Shown: positions 41,701-53,826, counted from the stretch's first letter. The stretch: 64,000 bases of DNA from Zygnema circumcarinatum SAG 698-1b (GCA_037447605.1 CM074810.1:3134880-3198879), one strand, 5' to 3'. Notes: generated by a model not told the origin, from the sequence alone. Translations and numbers: made by a program.

Positions 41701-42905
41701 GTTAGCAACCTAAAGCAAGAAATATCAAACTCCTCGCTCTCTTTGATAGGGAAGGCGAAAAATTTCACACCATGGTTGCAGTCGTGTTGGATAGATACGC
41801 CAATCTCCGCTACCAGAAAACCCATCCCTATCGAAAATAACAACGAATACTGGAAGCTAGTGAAGAAAAAAAATGTGGTGTAATAGCATAGGAAGTATGC
41901 CAATAGAATCGCAATAGTTTTCAAAAACATGTGGGGGTGCACTCGAGGATTTATCTGCAAAAGTAGCAACGTTTTAACAAGCATTAGAGAGAAAAACATA
42001 GTTGAAACATCAAAGCTCGACTTTTTAATAGCCGCCTTCAGCAACTGCAGTTAACTTTAATCGTTGATCCAACTCAGACGTCAAAGTCTTAGCTCAGCTA
42101 TACAGGTTTCCATCCGGACTCACTTTCTGTTCTTTGAAGAAAGCTTCAACCCGCTTCTTGAGTATTATATAGAAACCCTTCTCTCCTTCTTCTGCGTATT
42201 CAAGAGTAGGCGTTCCCACAACTTCGTTTTCCCTATTGAGCTCTCCAATGCAGTACTTTCCAAGCATTTTTCTGTTGGATCCCGGCGGAACACACAGGAA
42301 CAAGTGCAAATGCGTGTCACTTCCAATAAGGTTCTCTCGAAAAAAGTCTTTGCATTAGCCAGCTGGTGCCTGCTAAAAGAAGGAAGCAAAGATGAAGGAC
42401 TTTGTCACCTTACGTAGGTTGGATGATAAGATTCAAACAGCTGAGTGCAATCGTGGCCCGCCTTAACATAAATAATCGCTCCACCAGGATGTGCCGACAC
42501 CCTGCAAGCGCTACCGCATTCAGGAGATGAACAAAACCAATGTTGCTGACTGATGCTACTGATGTCAACTCCTGAGGTATATCGAGGTTCGGATGATGCC
42601 AAACGGACAGAAATCTACATATCTAAAACGTCCGCACACATCTCGAGCTCCATCTCCAGCTCCAGTGGCGCAGAAATCCGCTACAAACAGTTCAAAGGCC
42701 GCCTTTCAACTTACCAAGGAGTCACATCATACACTTTCCCTCCGATTATTAACCAGCAATCTTCCGGCCTGTCATGCGCTGCAACTTCACGGAGGCTGTA
42801 TCGCGCTTTGCTCAATGTTCCAGCAGAATCAAGCGCAGGCTTTTCCTTCTGCCCATTCACGCAATCAATACCGTGTTTCTGCGACTCCTTGAAAGAAAAC
42901 ACCAT
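38711..42905 (-). CDS. Cytochrome b5-fused front-end fatty acid desaturase (Delta5-type), ~13 exons
   Basis: b5 domain (CWLIIGGKVYDVT, HPGG) and His boxes QHDCNHG, WRQQHVVGHH, GGLNYQ-IEHHLFP. The last exon 38711-38791 ends in TAG. Splice sites are canonical. The start ATG could lie further upstream. Confidence 0.93.
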
Positions 42906-43698
42906 GGCGGCTTCGTAGAGAAATCCACGAGCCGTAGAGCATGCAAGATCGGACAGTAATATCGCATCTGCAGTCAAGCTGCTGCAGGCGGTCGAGCTGC
43001 AGGAGCTTGCAAGGGCTTGCCCATTCCTGAATCCTGCAGCTCCAAGACAGGGGAGCCCCGCCCACAGTGACTTTGAAGGGCGTTCCTTGTTCAGCAAAAT
43101 CACAAATCTGAAAAAAACCCGTTATCTGCGACCCTTAACGGGATTCACAAGACGTAGTTTCACAGTAATTTGTAACAGGTTTTTCACATTTAAGCATTTC
43201 TATGACTTCCATGTTCACTGTTCAGGCTGAATCAACGGGAAACGGAGTGCCTCCCATGTAGCCAGCATTGTAAGGTCCATCCATCACGACGTTGGCCAAT
43301 GCGAAGCCGTCACGTGGCAGCTCCTCCGACCCCGACGCGTCCATCGCCATCTGCGATCTCCTTTCCACGTCGCGCGACTGCTCGCCAATTGCTTCAGCAG
43401 ACGTGGCGCCATCCTGACCGTCGATCCTACCTCCCTCCCTCCCTCCCCTCCCTCCCTCCCTCCCTGCCTGCCTCCCTCCCCCCTCTGAGTATTTCAATCT
43501 TCATCGACGGTCCGAAGTTGCCACACGTGTGAAAGCCTCCTCAGTCGGCAGTCCCAAAACGATCACAGCCTACGAGCAGAGAGCTGAAGAAGGGCCGGGC
43601 GAACTGAAAAGGAGGGAAATGGAGTTGGCAATTTTGCTGCCCGGACTCGTGCAGTCGTGCCCTGCTTTAGCTGGTCGAAATTTATCCAAACCGCTTTT

Positions 43699-43727
43699 GC
43701 CTGCACGAGCGGTGGAGCATGTGGTTT
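43699..43727 (+). pseudogene. 29-nt fragment of organellar/bacterial-type SSU rRNA
   Basis: GCCTGCACgAGCGGTGGAGCATGTGGTTT versus the conserved GCC(T/C)GCACAAGCGGTGGAGCATGTGGTTT. Confidence 0.65.
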
Positions 43728-45078
43728 TGGTTCAGATTCAGAGAGCAGAGTGCAATGGAATCTGGTTAAATTGAAATATTACAGTAAACGAAAAAACTAC
43801 CGTACTTTGTCCAACCTCTTTGACAGAGAAAGAAATTGCTGCTTCTACCCTTATATGGCTCTCCCTTCCATTGTTGCGCGCGCTTGACGACGGTCTTGTG
43901 CAGGTCTGGGCGTTGGGGCTTGGTTGCCTGCTTTCTCAGCCCTTGTTTCCCCTTCGTTTTATCTCGAGATATTTTCAACGTACAAATTTCCTCTGGGAAT
44001 CCCTCATCCCTGTTGAAGGGCTCCCCCCTTGATCTGTGTGTGGCTGCTTGATCGGAGTCCAAGGCGTCTTTCACTTTCTTCGATGTGCATTCGACGGGGC
44101 ACACACTCAATGTTGTAAGCGAGATGATTGTTGTTGGAGTAAGAGTTATTCTGACAACAGTGTCGAACCACAGAATGCCTCTACTTGCGACCGCTCACGG
44201 GGAGCGAGTCCGGCCTGATCATATCCTTTGGGGACAGTGCTCTGCACATTTATGAGCATGCTCAGGGGGCAGATTCGACTCAATACGATTTGTTGACTCG
44301 CAGTACGCGTATTAATGTGTTGCTGCTCGTGGGGGCATAAGCGCACTGCAACTCTGCCGCTTGGAAACCTTTTGCATTTCTGACGTGTAAATTTACTGAT
44401 CGGCAACTGCTGACAACATGCATAAGAGCTCTTTATAAAGTTGTCTGCAATGTTCAATTTAACGGCACATATACCCAGTAAAAAAATTTAGTCCAGTTTT
44501 TCGACATTTTCAACAAGATAACTACCTTCTCACCACCACTACCAACAAACTGGAACCAAACTGGATATTAAAAATTACCATCATCAGGTGTTATGGCAGC
44601 TAATATTCTTTCACATATGAATTGCAAAAACCGCAGTGGCATATTCTGCAAACATACAACGATCACAACAGGGTATGCAGCCCAAGTCTTATCGAATTGA
44701 TCGGACGATGTCTTACCGAATTGATTCTTCAATTTACTCAAGAGACGAGAATGAAGAGACTGCTGGCTTTTTTTTTTTGCTTTTTTTTTTGCTGACTTTT
44801 TTTTTAAAAAGGAAAGAGAATCTAAGCCGCACAAAATAGCTCAAGCCTGGAAAATATACAGGTCTAAACTCCAAATCTTCTCAACCCGGATTGCTTCAGA
44901 TGGCAAACCTGCATGGAAAAAAACAATTCCTGTAACAGGTCAAAATACGAACACAAAGTCCACAATACATGACAATAGCTGAACCAATGACTGCTCTAAT
45001 AACAAGGATGATTCAAAAATTTGGAAGGATCATTAGCTGAGCAACTTTGCACTCAAAACTTTGACCAAACCTTTGACA

Positions 45079-45168
45079 GAGGAGATGCTCAGACCCTTAG
45101 ATACCGCCATCAGATTGCGCTCAGATTAGTAAGGATTGTGATCTAAATAATCATCACTGCATCTCCTC
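45079..45168 (-). ncRNA. Box C/D snoRNA with a D guide to 18S GCCCUUAGAUGUU (plant Um1445-equivalent site)
   Basis: 10-bp terminal stem GAGGAGATGC/GCATCTCCTC; boxes C GTGATGA, D' CTGA, C' TGATGG, D CTGA. D guide GGTATCTAAGGGT. D' guide CAATCCTTACTA is antisense to 18S UAGUAAGGAUUG. Confidence 0.9.
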
Positions 45169-45562
45169 CTGGACTGGATACAGAAAAGGCAAGTCATTCG
45201 ACCAAACCTGAACTCTTCCAATCAAATGCTTTAGTTCACAGAAATAGTTAAGAGCTAGAGCTAGACAAGCGCGTGGATTCCTAGCCAGAAATTACGTAAA
45301 AATGGGAAACGCACCTTTCAGAGTTTCTAAGAATTGGAGAAGTCCTGACGAGCACTTAAAAACAACGGTACTGAAGCATGAACCACTTGATATCTTGGTA
45401 GAAGGTCTTGCATTCTGGTAATGGAAGAAAACAACAGTCAGCCATCTGCACAAGCACGTAAGCTCTAGACGACGACTTCACAACCGACCTTATTGCAAAA
45501 CCAGAAAACAGAGTGGTATTGACCAAACTGCTAAAAACAAAGTCACATAACAAAAAACAGCA

Positions 45563-45708
45563 GAATGTAATCCTGCATCTGACGCCGGTTGCATGGACCT
45601 AAGTTATCGGCCCTTCACCAGTCAGACAACAGGATGTTCATTTATGGGCAGCAGAACACCAGCTCATGGAAATATCCGACGGCTGGTTGCCTGAATAGCT
45701 GCCCACGT
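45563..45708 (-). ncRNA. Box H/ACA snoRNA (target not identified)
   Basis: Hairpin 1 GTGGGCAGC..GCTGCCCAT with an internal pocket, H box AAATGA, hairpin 2 ATCCTG/TCTGAC..GTCAGA/CAGGAT, then ACA plus 3 nt; ~145 nt. Confidence 0.8.
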
Positions 45709-45960
45709 AATACAAATGAAGCCAGCTGAAGCGACATAGTGAGACTCAGTCCTGCATACAGACCGTGGAAGGAAATAAGGATCAACTGCTCACCTTCACT
45801 CAGGTCCCGTCAGGGCCTCCGGCAACAAGCACCTGGAAAAATAAACCTTATCAGAGAATAAGAAATCTTAATTCGTGATTATACCGAACATCACACGTGG
45901 GCTACTAAGAATTACGTCACCGCTCAAGGACAGCCAGAAATTCGATCACATCCCTGATGA

Positions 45961-46088
45961 AGCTGTCTCAGACCAAACGTCCCACATGCCACACAAGCGG
46001 CTACGGGATAGCGAAGGCTGAGTGATTAACGGCCACAAGGGGCTTTAATCCTCAAAGCCACATCGATTTTGCTTCAGGGAACGGGCCC
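45961..46088 (-). ncRNA. Candidate H/ACA snoRNA; the 3' pocket is complementary to 5.8S GAACG-UA-GCGAA
   Basis: Stem CTCAGCC/GGTCTGAG followed by ACA-GCT; pocket strands TTCGC(TA) and CGTTT. The H box is imperfect (TAATCA). Confidence 0.5.
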
Positions 46089-46359
46089 AAAGGCATAAAA
46101 AAGCCAAAGAACCAACTTTATTGAAGCTAGGATGCGGTTAACAAAAAAACAAATTTATCAAATGCAGCAAAATCTCTGCGAAAAAACTTCGCTCAGGAAC
46201 GGAGGAAATACACTTCGATCTGAATGGACTTATGTCCGTTCATAAGAGCAGTTTCTAGAAACGTCAGTATCTACTGAAAACAATGCACGTGGCAGGACAG
46301 ATGACACAGTATAGGAGACAAACATGTATAACATAACGTGCATTCGTATTCGCGATAAC

Positions 46360-46433
46360 AGCGATCAGATAACTTTGAAGACATTCTGTAAAATACTCAT
46401 CATTGATCAGTCTCTCGTGCTCATCACTTCGCC
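46360..46433 (-). ncRNA. Box C/D snoRNA with a D guide to LSU rRNA AACUUUGAAG(A/G)C (plant Cm1479-equivalent site)
   Basis: Stem GGCGA/TCGCT; perfect C GTGATGA, D' CTGA, C' ATGATGA and D CTGA. Guide GTCTTCAAAGTT; the +5 rule points to the C of AAC. Confidence 0.9.
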
Positions 46434-48056
46434 AAAAATAAATCGCGAGGAGTAATGCAACACACAAATACATAAGATAAAAAAAATGGAAAGCTTGTGG
46501 CAATTAAAAAGGATCAGTCTCTGGCTTGTTGCTCTCTAGGAGCAAAAATAGCACTGTTTGAATCAGCGTCGATCATTTGGGGAAAGGTTCTTCATTTCCT
46601 TTTTTGCCACAAGGAACAAGCACATATCAACAAACAAGTGGCCAAAGAACCCAGTGAAGAATTACCAACCAGGCTAAGGACATCCTCGCAGCTGCTCTTC
46701 AGCGTTTGTGCAGAGCCTCCGACTCGACGAATGGGCTGACCTGCGAGAACAACGCCAATCTAAGAAATCAGCCAACCGAACTCACAAGTCGGGAGCAACG
46801 CACTACTCAAGATGTACCATTCTCAATTCGCCGACAGAAATAGAAATGTCTGAGGCGACTCAACAGAAAATGAATGCCTCTTCGCGCTCAGGGGATCTCG
46901 GCCCTATTCATCTCTTAAAGAGACACAAGGCAAAGAGAAGTAGAGGCGGTTCCAAACACAGACGCTAAAAGCAACGCAGAAGCTGGACACAAGACTCCAG
47001 TCAAATTCAAAGAACCATTCAAAAGGCTTCATCACTATAATCTCCTGCACAAACTGCAATAACAGCATCTCAAAGTGCCGGATATAGACAGCCATAACCA
47101 GAGAACACGGGCCGTTTCCTATGCCTCACGAACAATACAAAGAATGACGACAAAGAGTGTCCAATATGAGAATGCACTGAAAATTCTAGCCAGATTGCAC
47201 AAAAAGTTCCGACTTGTCAAGACAAGAATCAATAACCTAAACCCAAAGCCTGAAGAGCCTGAAGAGAACTTACAAGAAGAACGCTGTAGTCAACACTGCA
47301 GTTTCAACCAACAGCAGCCCTCAAACACGGGCGAGAAAGAAGAGGCCGCCGCCGCCGCCGCATTGCGTTCCGCATCATCCTCCCTGAGGAGCAAACTTTG
47401 CCGACTATCCTCCCTTCGATTTCGACGAACCTCCCAGCGCAGACCTCCGACCCTTCCAGCACACATGGCCCCAACAGCGGCATCCAGACTAATACCAACA
47501 CACCTTACGTGCAGGGTCAGGACAGGACCGTCCTGAGGCGATAGAGTAGACCTGGGGGTGGCGGCCGCTTTTATATTTCAGGAGGGAGGGCGGACGTTGC
47601 TTCCAAAACTCCGCCTGCTGGCGCTGAACCCTGTCCGATTCGCGGCTGCCTGTTAGTAAGTGAGTCGCTGAGAGCCGTCGGATTTCTAAGATCTACGGCC
47701 AGAAGGGTTCAGGGCCAACTAGAAACCTTCAAGGTACAAGTAGATCGCTGGTTTTAGTTGTAAAACTGACAAGATCACAGAACCAAAGTAGATCTGAATT
47801 TCACTTGATGAAGTTGAATATGCTAGAGTGGAATCGGACCAGTAGGGGGCAGGGTAAGACCGTACAAAAAACCGTACATCTTCGTACAGTACGTACAGTA
47901 CTGTGTACAAGCATAGGCTTCATAGCCCGTACGAGTCCGTACGGATCTGCTCCCCCTCTTCTTTCCTTATGGAGAACGGAAAGAGGGACGGCACTCTGCA
48001 AGCTGACACGTGGCTATCGGAGAGAAACCCTGAGGGAGAAACCCTGAGGGAGAGCC

Positions 48057-48064
48057 ATGGCGGT

Positions 48065-48112
<48 letters not shown>

Positions 48113-50029
48113 GGTGTCATGCTCTTTTGTTTTTTGTTTTTGTTTTTTGAAACCTCTCCGTTTCGCCTACCTTTCAGCCACTTTCTTTCCATATCCTTCA
48201 GGAAATTTGGAAATTCTATGCAATTTCATAATTTTCCGTCATTTTTTCTCAAGTAGAAAGCATCCCGTCGGCCCAGTTTCAAGCTTTAAGAATTAGGGCT
48301 GACGACAGGGCCTTTCTGGAGATCACGTTGTCTTCTTATCTTTAATTTCGTGATATAGAATAAACCCTCTCCCTTTCCTCCCTCCCTTTTCTCCCTCCCC
48401 ACTTCCAGGCGAGGTTCTGAAATTCTCCAATTTATCCAATTCAGCTTAAAGGAGTCGGGTTGGAAAAATTTAGGGTTTCCGTGTTTTAGGGTTACAGTGT
48501 TTCTGGGGTTCAGTGCTCCTTTATCTTTTTAGGGTTCAGGGCTTTGGGTGGTTATGTGGACATTTGAAATTAGGTTTAAGTTGAGTGGGTGAAGTGATTG
48601 GGGGTGGGACTTACAGACCGTTCCGGTGAACCCGAAGCCATTTTTGAATGACTTGACAGGAAAGCCTGTTATTGTGAAGCTCAAATGGGGGATGGAGTAT
48701 AAAGGTGCGCGCTTTTTGCCCTCCCTCCCTCCCTCCCTCCCTCCCTCCCTCCCTTCAATCCGGCTCTGATAGGCTAGTGAGCAGCTTTTGGAGCTCCTGC
48801 ACTCCTCTCTCTTCCTTTTCTCGCCTCTGCCTTTTTTCCGCCCTTCTTTCCCCCTCTAGCAGATCCAACCATTCCTGCTGTTTATTATAATTGCCGCATT
48901 GTCTTTCTGGCAGGCTATTTGGTCTCCGTGGATTCGTACATGAATTTGCAGGTACGTGCTAAATTTTGGAATAAATTTTAGTCAAGCTTTTGCATTTAAA
49001 CTTTATTTTTCTCTTTTTTAGGGTTTTGTTATGATTGTTTTGGTTGTAGGTTTCACTAGGGGTCTCTAAGTTTGAATACATGCGAGATAGGCTCATTGAG
49101 TGAGCAAGGAAGTCAGAACCGCTTCAATATGCAGAGAAGAACTCGTCACCCAGTCACCTGCTACAGCACATCAGTGCAGGAATTTGGTGGTTGCATATAA
49201 TACCGTGCAGTGTCTATTTAAAGTGTTCATGATAAATTTATGAGCTAGATATCTGCTGAAGCCCGTAATTGTTTCATTGGTCTATACGTTTTCTCGATTC
49301 AAAGATAGGAGTTTCTTCCCTTGTACCATATTGCTTTATTGGTTTCTGGGCTTAAGGAAGGGTCTTGCTGTGTGGGCCCATTGGCGGGCAGCTGGCAAGC
49401 ACAGAGGAGTATATTGACGGGCAATTCACAGGCAATCTTGGGGAAATACTTATCAGGTAATGCGATGGAACTAAATTGGTTTCTACACTCTGTTTCTGAT
49501 TTTCCATCCCCCTCTGCTTCGTTCTCCGTAGTTGAATTACTGCCTTCAGATCTCACCCGCTCCTTTCCCTGCTCGCTTCTTTCTTCCTTTTCCTCTTCCT
49601 TTCCCTTTCTTCCTTTGTTAGGTTCCCTTTGCACCTTAATCCCTTACCCATCTTCCTCTCCTTTCCCCCTCTCTCCCCATTTCCCGACCCCTATCTCCTC
49701 TCTCCCTCTCTCCCTCCCTCCTCTCTCTCCTCCCGCTGCCCTAACCTGTCCCTTAGTTGGCAATTCACTATAGCATGTTTCCCTCTTGATGCATGCCCCG
49801 TCATTCATTTTCATTTGGAGTTCCTTCCAACCAGGCACATGGTTCACCTCCGAGCCTTAGGTTTTAAGCAAAAGATGCTTTGAAGTAGAAGAAAATGCCA
49901 TAATGAAACTTCTATGACTTCTGTACTTTTGTGGTTATTGCTGCATTGGTTATGCAAAGCAGGTGTAACAATGTGCTCTACTTGCGAGGTGTACCAGAAG
50001 ACGAGGAAATACAAGAGGAAGGGGAGTAA
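48057..50029 (+). CDS. SNRPF: Small nuclear ribonucleoprotein F (SmF); exons 48057-48062, 48617-48704, 48914-48951, 49392-49456, 49963-50029
   Basis: Spliced product [87 protein letters not shown]. Confidence 0.97.
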
Positions 50030-51073
50030 TTGCTAATTGGCATACAGTAGATGAGCCTGTTCAATGGAGGGATTACCTAAGCAGCTGCAAATAGGAGGGT
50101 GACGGCTTTTCTTCCTCTGCCATGGCTTTTTTGCTACATGATTGATAAGTCAATTTTTTTTTTTTTTAAATGGTTGAAGAATAGCGGCAACACAATTAAT
50201 GCCATTTTTCACATTTAGCGACAGAAAGTTGCTTTAGGCCTTGAGGCTATGTCCTTACCTCAATATGAAGGAGGCCCGTTTGCAGTTCTAGGAAACGGTC
50301 AACGGAACGGTCAACGGAACGGTTTAGTGTACATGTAGCTTCCGATTCATGCGCTTCAATGGAATGTGAAAGAAAGGAAGTTATCGAGAACGTTTTGCGG
50401 AAATGGCTTGTTTCAGGTTCAGTTTCAGTTTTTTGGTGCATCTTTTTGTTCTCACGTAAACTGATGAATTTAATATCGGAGGAGGCCCACTCTTTTGCCT
50501 CGTTAAAAACAAGAAAAAAAAAAACAAATAAACAGAGTACACTCCCCACTTGCAAACTTTAAAAACCAAAAGCGAAATCTAACTCTCCTTTCACTCCATT
50601 CAGTTCTGCTCCGTTCCGTTCGGTCACGTTGACAAGGACGGCTGTAACTGGATCACGATTAGGGTTATGTTGTCATCCCCCTTCCGTTCCGTCAGTGCGT
50701 ACTGAACTAGCGTGTAGCTTGTCTTGTCTAGTGCTTGTCTTCTTAAATTATTTTGCTTGTTGAGGCCGCATCTTTCACATGTGTGTCCACATCATTCTTT
50801 TTTGTGCAGTGCCCTCTTTGAAACTTTGGTCGCATTAACGAAGTAAAAGTATCAAGGGGATAAGCGCCCATCCTTCCCATTGTCACTGTGGCTTATTCGT
50901 GTGGTGGGGAAATGATGGCAAGGCCTTGTAAAGAAATGGATGCGATTATTGTAGATGATTTTTTTATTACGGAAATGAAGAGTCCCGAAGGGCCAACTGT
51001 TACGAAATGTTTCGAGGGTGTGTTTCCTCCTTGTTTATTTTTAGCATGGTAGTCGTCCAGAACATCTCCTAAT

Positions 51074-51152
51074 AGGGGGTGTCAGACTTAACAAAATGTT
51101 ACGAATATCGAGTTCTTAGTATTACGAGGATTTTTTAAGTCTGACACCCCCT
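51074..51152. mobile_element. 79-bp internally deleted MITE of the AGGGGGTGTCAGACTTAA family (duplicate at 53123-53201)
   Basis: Same TIRs as 11851-12009 in the opposite orientation; AAT/AAT flanks. Confidence 0.85.
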
Positions 51153-53357
51153 AATGTTGATGTTAGGGGTCCTCGGGCCCGCCATGAGGCCCATCGCCCT
51201 GTTGTACGGCCTTTCCCTATGTTGCGGCTGCCGTACGGCTGGCGGGCAGAATGAAATCTTTCTGAGAGGGGCGAGGGCGTCCCAGGGCAGCGCAGGAAGA
51301 AACTTACACCAATGGCAACGTGCCACGTAATATGAGGCTGACGTGGCAGTGTATAACCTTTTGCAGGAGCGGCACAGAGCCGGCTCTATGATGAGCTTCT
51401 ATGTTGCTGTTTCATGAGACAGCTAACTGGAACATTGGAAATTAGTTTCTGAAACTACTGAGACTAGAACTGTGACCTGCATGGAACCTCTGGCGAAAAT
51501 CTTGCTTCCGTACGCGCAGGGGTGGGCGGACTACTTTTGGCAATATTTCCGCACACATTATGATAAAAATAAATTTCTGGCAACTGCAGGGGTGCAGCAG
51601 TGTAGGCTCTGGAATTTGGGCGGTGGCTCCGTCTCCTGCAGAGAGAGAGAGCGAGAGAGGCACTGCAACGGGAGAGTGGGAGAGTGGGAGAGGGGGAAGG
51701 GGGAGGGGGAGGGGGAGGGGGAGGGGGAGAGGGGAGAGGGAGAGGGAGGGAAGGGGGAGATAGCGATCGGCGCAGTCATGGCGCGCATGCGGCTGCTCTT
51801 CTTTCGGCTGGACCGACTATGGTGGTGGCTGGCAGTGCTCTCCATTCTTTCTGTTCTCGGGCATGAGATCTCTCGCAGCAGCGGCTATGGTGTCGCAGAC
51901 GCAACGGAGCTTGAAGGCTTTGGAGACGAGATGGATCTTGAAGAGGAGGAGGACGACGGCCTCCCTCTGCTTAGTCCTCCTGTAAAGCCAATAAGGTCTG
52001 GATTTCACACAGACAGGGGTCCTCCTGCAGCTGAAAAGAAGAGAGAGGGAGAGGGAGAGGGAGAGGGAGAGGGAGAGGGAGGGGGAGGGGGAGTGCGGAC
52101 TTCGCCGGAGAGAGAGATTGAGGATTCGGAGGAGGAGGAATTAGAGGACGTGAGGGAGAGAGATATTGGTCGGAGAATGACAGAAGCAGTGTGGGATGAT
52201 GAAGAATTTGAAGGCGTTCCGGTGGGAGAGGAGACTGTGGAGGAGGCTGGGAAGAAGGAGAGAGAGTTGAAAAAGCAGAAACCGAAGAGAGAGAGCCTTT
52301 TTTCAAGAAAGTCAGGAGCTCAGGGTTTCAAGAGACCCTCTGGTCCTTTAGGGTATGTAGTTGAAGCGTTGTCAGGCCTGTTTCTTGCATTCTATGCAGT
52401 GAATTATTGGCTAGGAAGGAAAGAAAATGAGAAGCTTGCGCTGGCGTGGGCCGAGCAATTTGCTTCAGATAATGCGATATTTGAGAAAAATTTTAGTCTT
52501 TTAGGCTCAGGAGACGGTGTAGATGACCCTTTGATGATGAAGGAGGGACAGAATGTATTCAAATTCTACGCCTCAGGTCGACGATTCTGCGAGGGGCTGC
52601 TTGCTACTCTTGACTTGCGGAATCGACACGACCTAATTTCTGTTATGTGGTACAACCTTGTCCCCAAGAAGGACCTGCTCACTGTTGAAGTGTACATGAA
52701 TGAAGATGCAATGGATCCCTTCGTTTTGGCGGTTACAAAGCGCAAACNNNNNNNNNNAGCGTGTAGCTTGTCTTGTCTAGTGCTTGTCTTCTTAAATTAT
52801 TTTGCTTGTTGAGGCCGCATCTTTCACATGTGTGTCCACATCATTCTTTTTTGTGCAGTGCCCTCTTTGAAACTTTGGTCGCATTAACGAAGTAAAAGTA
52901 TCAAGGGGATAAGCGCCCATCCTTCCCATTGTCACTGTGGCTTATTCGTGTGGTGGGGAAATGATGGCAAGGCCTTGTAAAGAAATGGATGCGATTATTG
53001 TAGATGATTTTTTTATTACGGAAATGAAGAGTCCCGAAGGGCCAACTGTTACGAAATGTTTCGAGGGTGTGTTTCCTCCTTGTTTATTTTTAGCATGGTA
53101 GTCGTCCAGAACATCTCCTAATAGGGGGTGTCAGACTTAACAAAATGTTACGAATATCGAGTTCTTAGTATTACGAGGATTTTTTAAGTCTGACACCCCC
53201 TAATGTTGATGTTAGGGGTCCTCGGGCCCGCCATGAGGCCCATCGCCCTGTTGTACGGCCTTTCCCTATGTTGCGGCTGCCGTACGGCTGGCGGGCAGAA
53301 TGAAATCTTTCTGAGAGGGGCGAGGGCGTCCCAGGGCAGCGCAGGAAGAAACTTACA

Positions 53358-53397
53358 CCAATGGCAACGTGCCACGTAATATGAGGCTGACGTGGCA
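53358..53397 (+). promoter_or_regulatory. ERSE-like CCAAT-N9-CCACG plus UPRE-like TGACGTGG, ~450 bp upstream of CCDC47
   Basis: CCAAT-GGCAACGTG-CCACG, then GCTGACGTGGCA. The gene encodes an ER protein. Confidence 0.5.
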
Positions 53398-53826
53398 GTG
53401 TATAACCTTTTGCAGGAGCGGCACAGAGCCGGCTCTATGATGAGCTTCTATGTTGCTGTTTCATGAGACAGCTAACTGGAACATTGGAAATTAGTTTCTG
53501 AAACTACTGAGACTAGAACTGTGACCTGCATGGAACCTCTGGCGAAAATCTTGCTTCCGTACGCGCAGGGGTGGGCGGACTACTTTTGGCAATATTTCCG
53601 CACACATTATGATAAAAATAAATTTCTGGCAACTGCAGGGGTGCAGCAGTGTAGGCTCTGGAATTTGGGCGGTGGCTCCGTCTCCTGCAGAGAGAGAGAG
53701 CGAGAGAGGCACTGCAACGGGAGAGTGGGAGAGTGGGAGAGGGGGAAGGGGGAGGGGGAGGGGGAGGGGGAGGGGGAGAGGGGAGAGGGAGAGGGAGGGA
53801 AGGGGGAGATAGCGATCGGCGCAGTC

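Larger units (their letters stand above)
44860..47545 (-). ncRNA. Putative non-coding multi-exon snoRNA host gene
   Basis: TATAAAA at 47575-47569. Short exons with canonical splice sites (e.g. ~47509-47545, 47274-47295, ~45794-45831) carry no sustained ORF. Several snoRNAs lie between them on the same strand. The 3' end is unresolved. Confidence 0.65.

Noticed and set aside
43222-44460. Short minus-strand ORFs between the desaturase and the snoRNA host
   Set aside because: No recognisable domain and no consistent spliced frame; may be UTR, host exons or a decayed gene.
46844-47035. ACA-terminated hairpin and an isolated GTGATGA in the snoRNA host
   Set aside because: No H box for the hairpin and no D box at a suitable distance for the C box.
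51472-51777. N-terminal ORF extension upstream of the CCDC47 ATG (also 53521-53826)
   Set aside because: It starts at GTG and runs through GA-rich 5'UTR-like sequence; the signal peptide begins at the ATG at 51778/53827.
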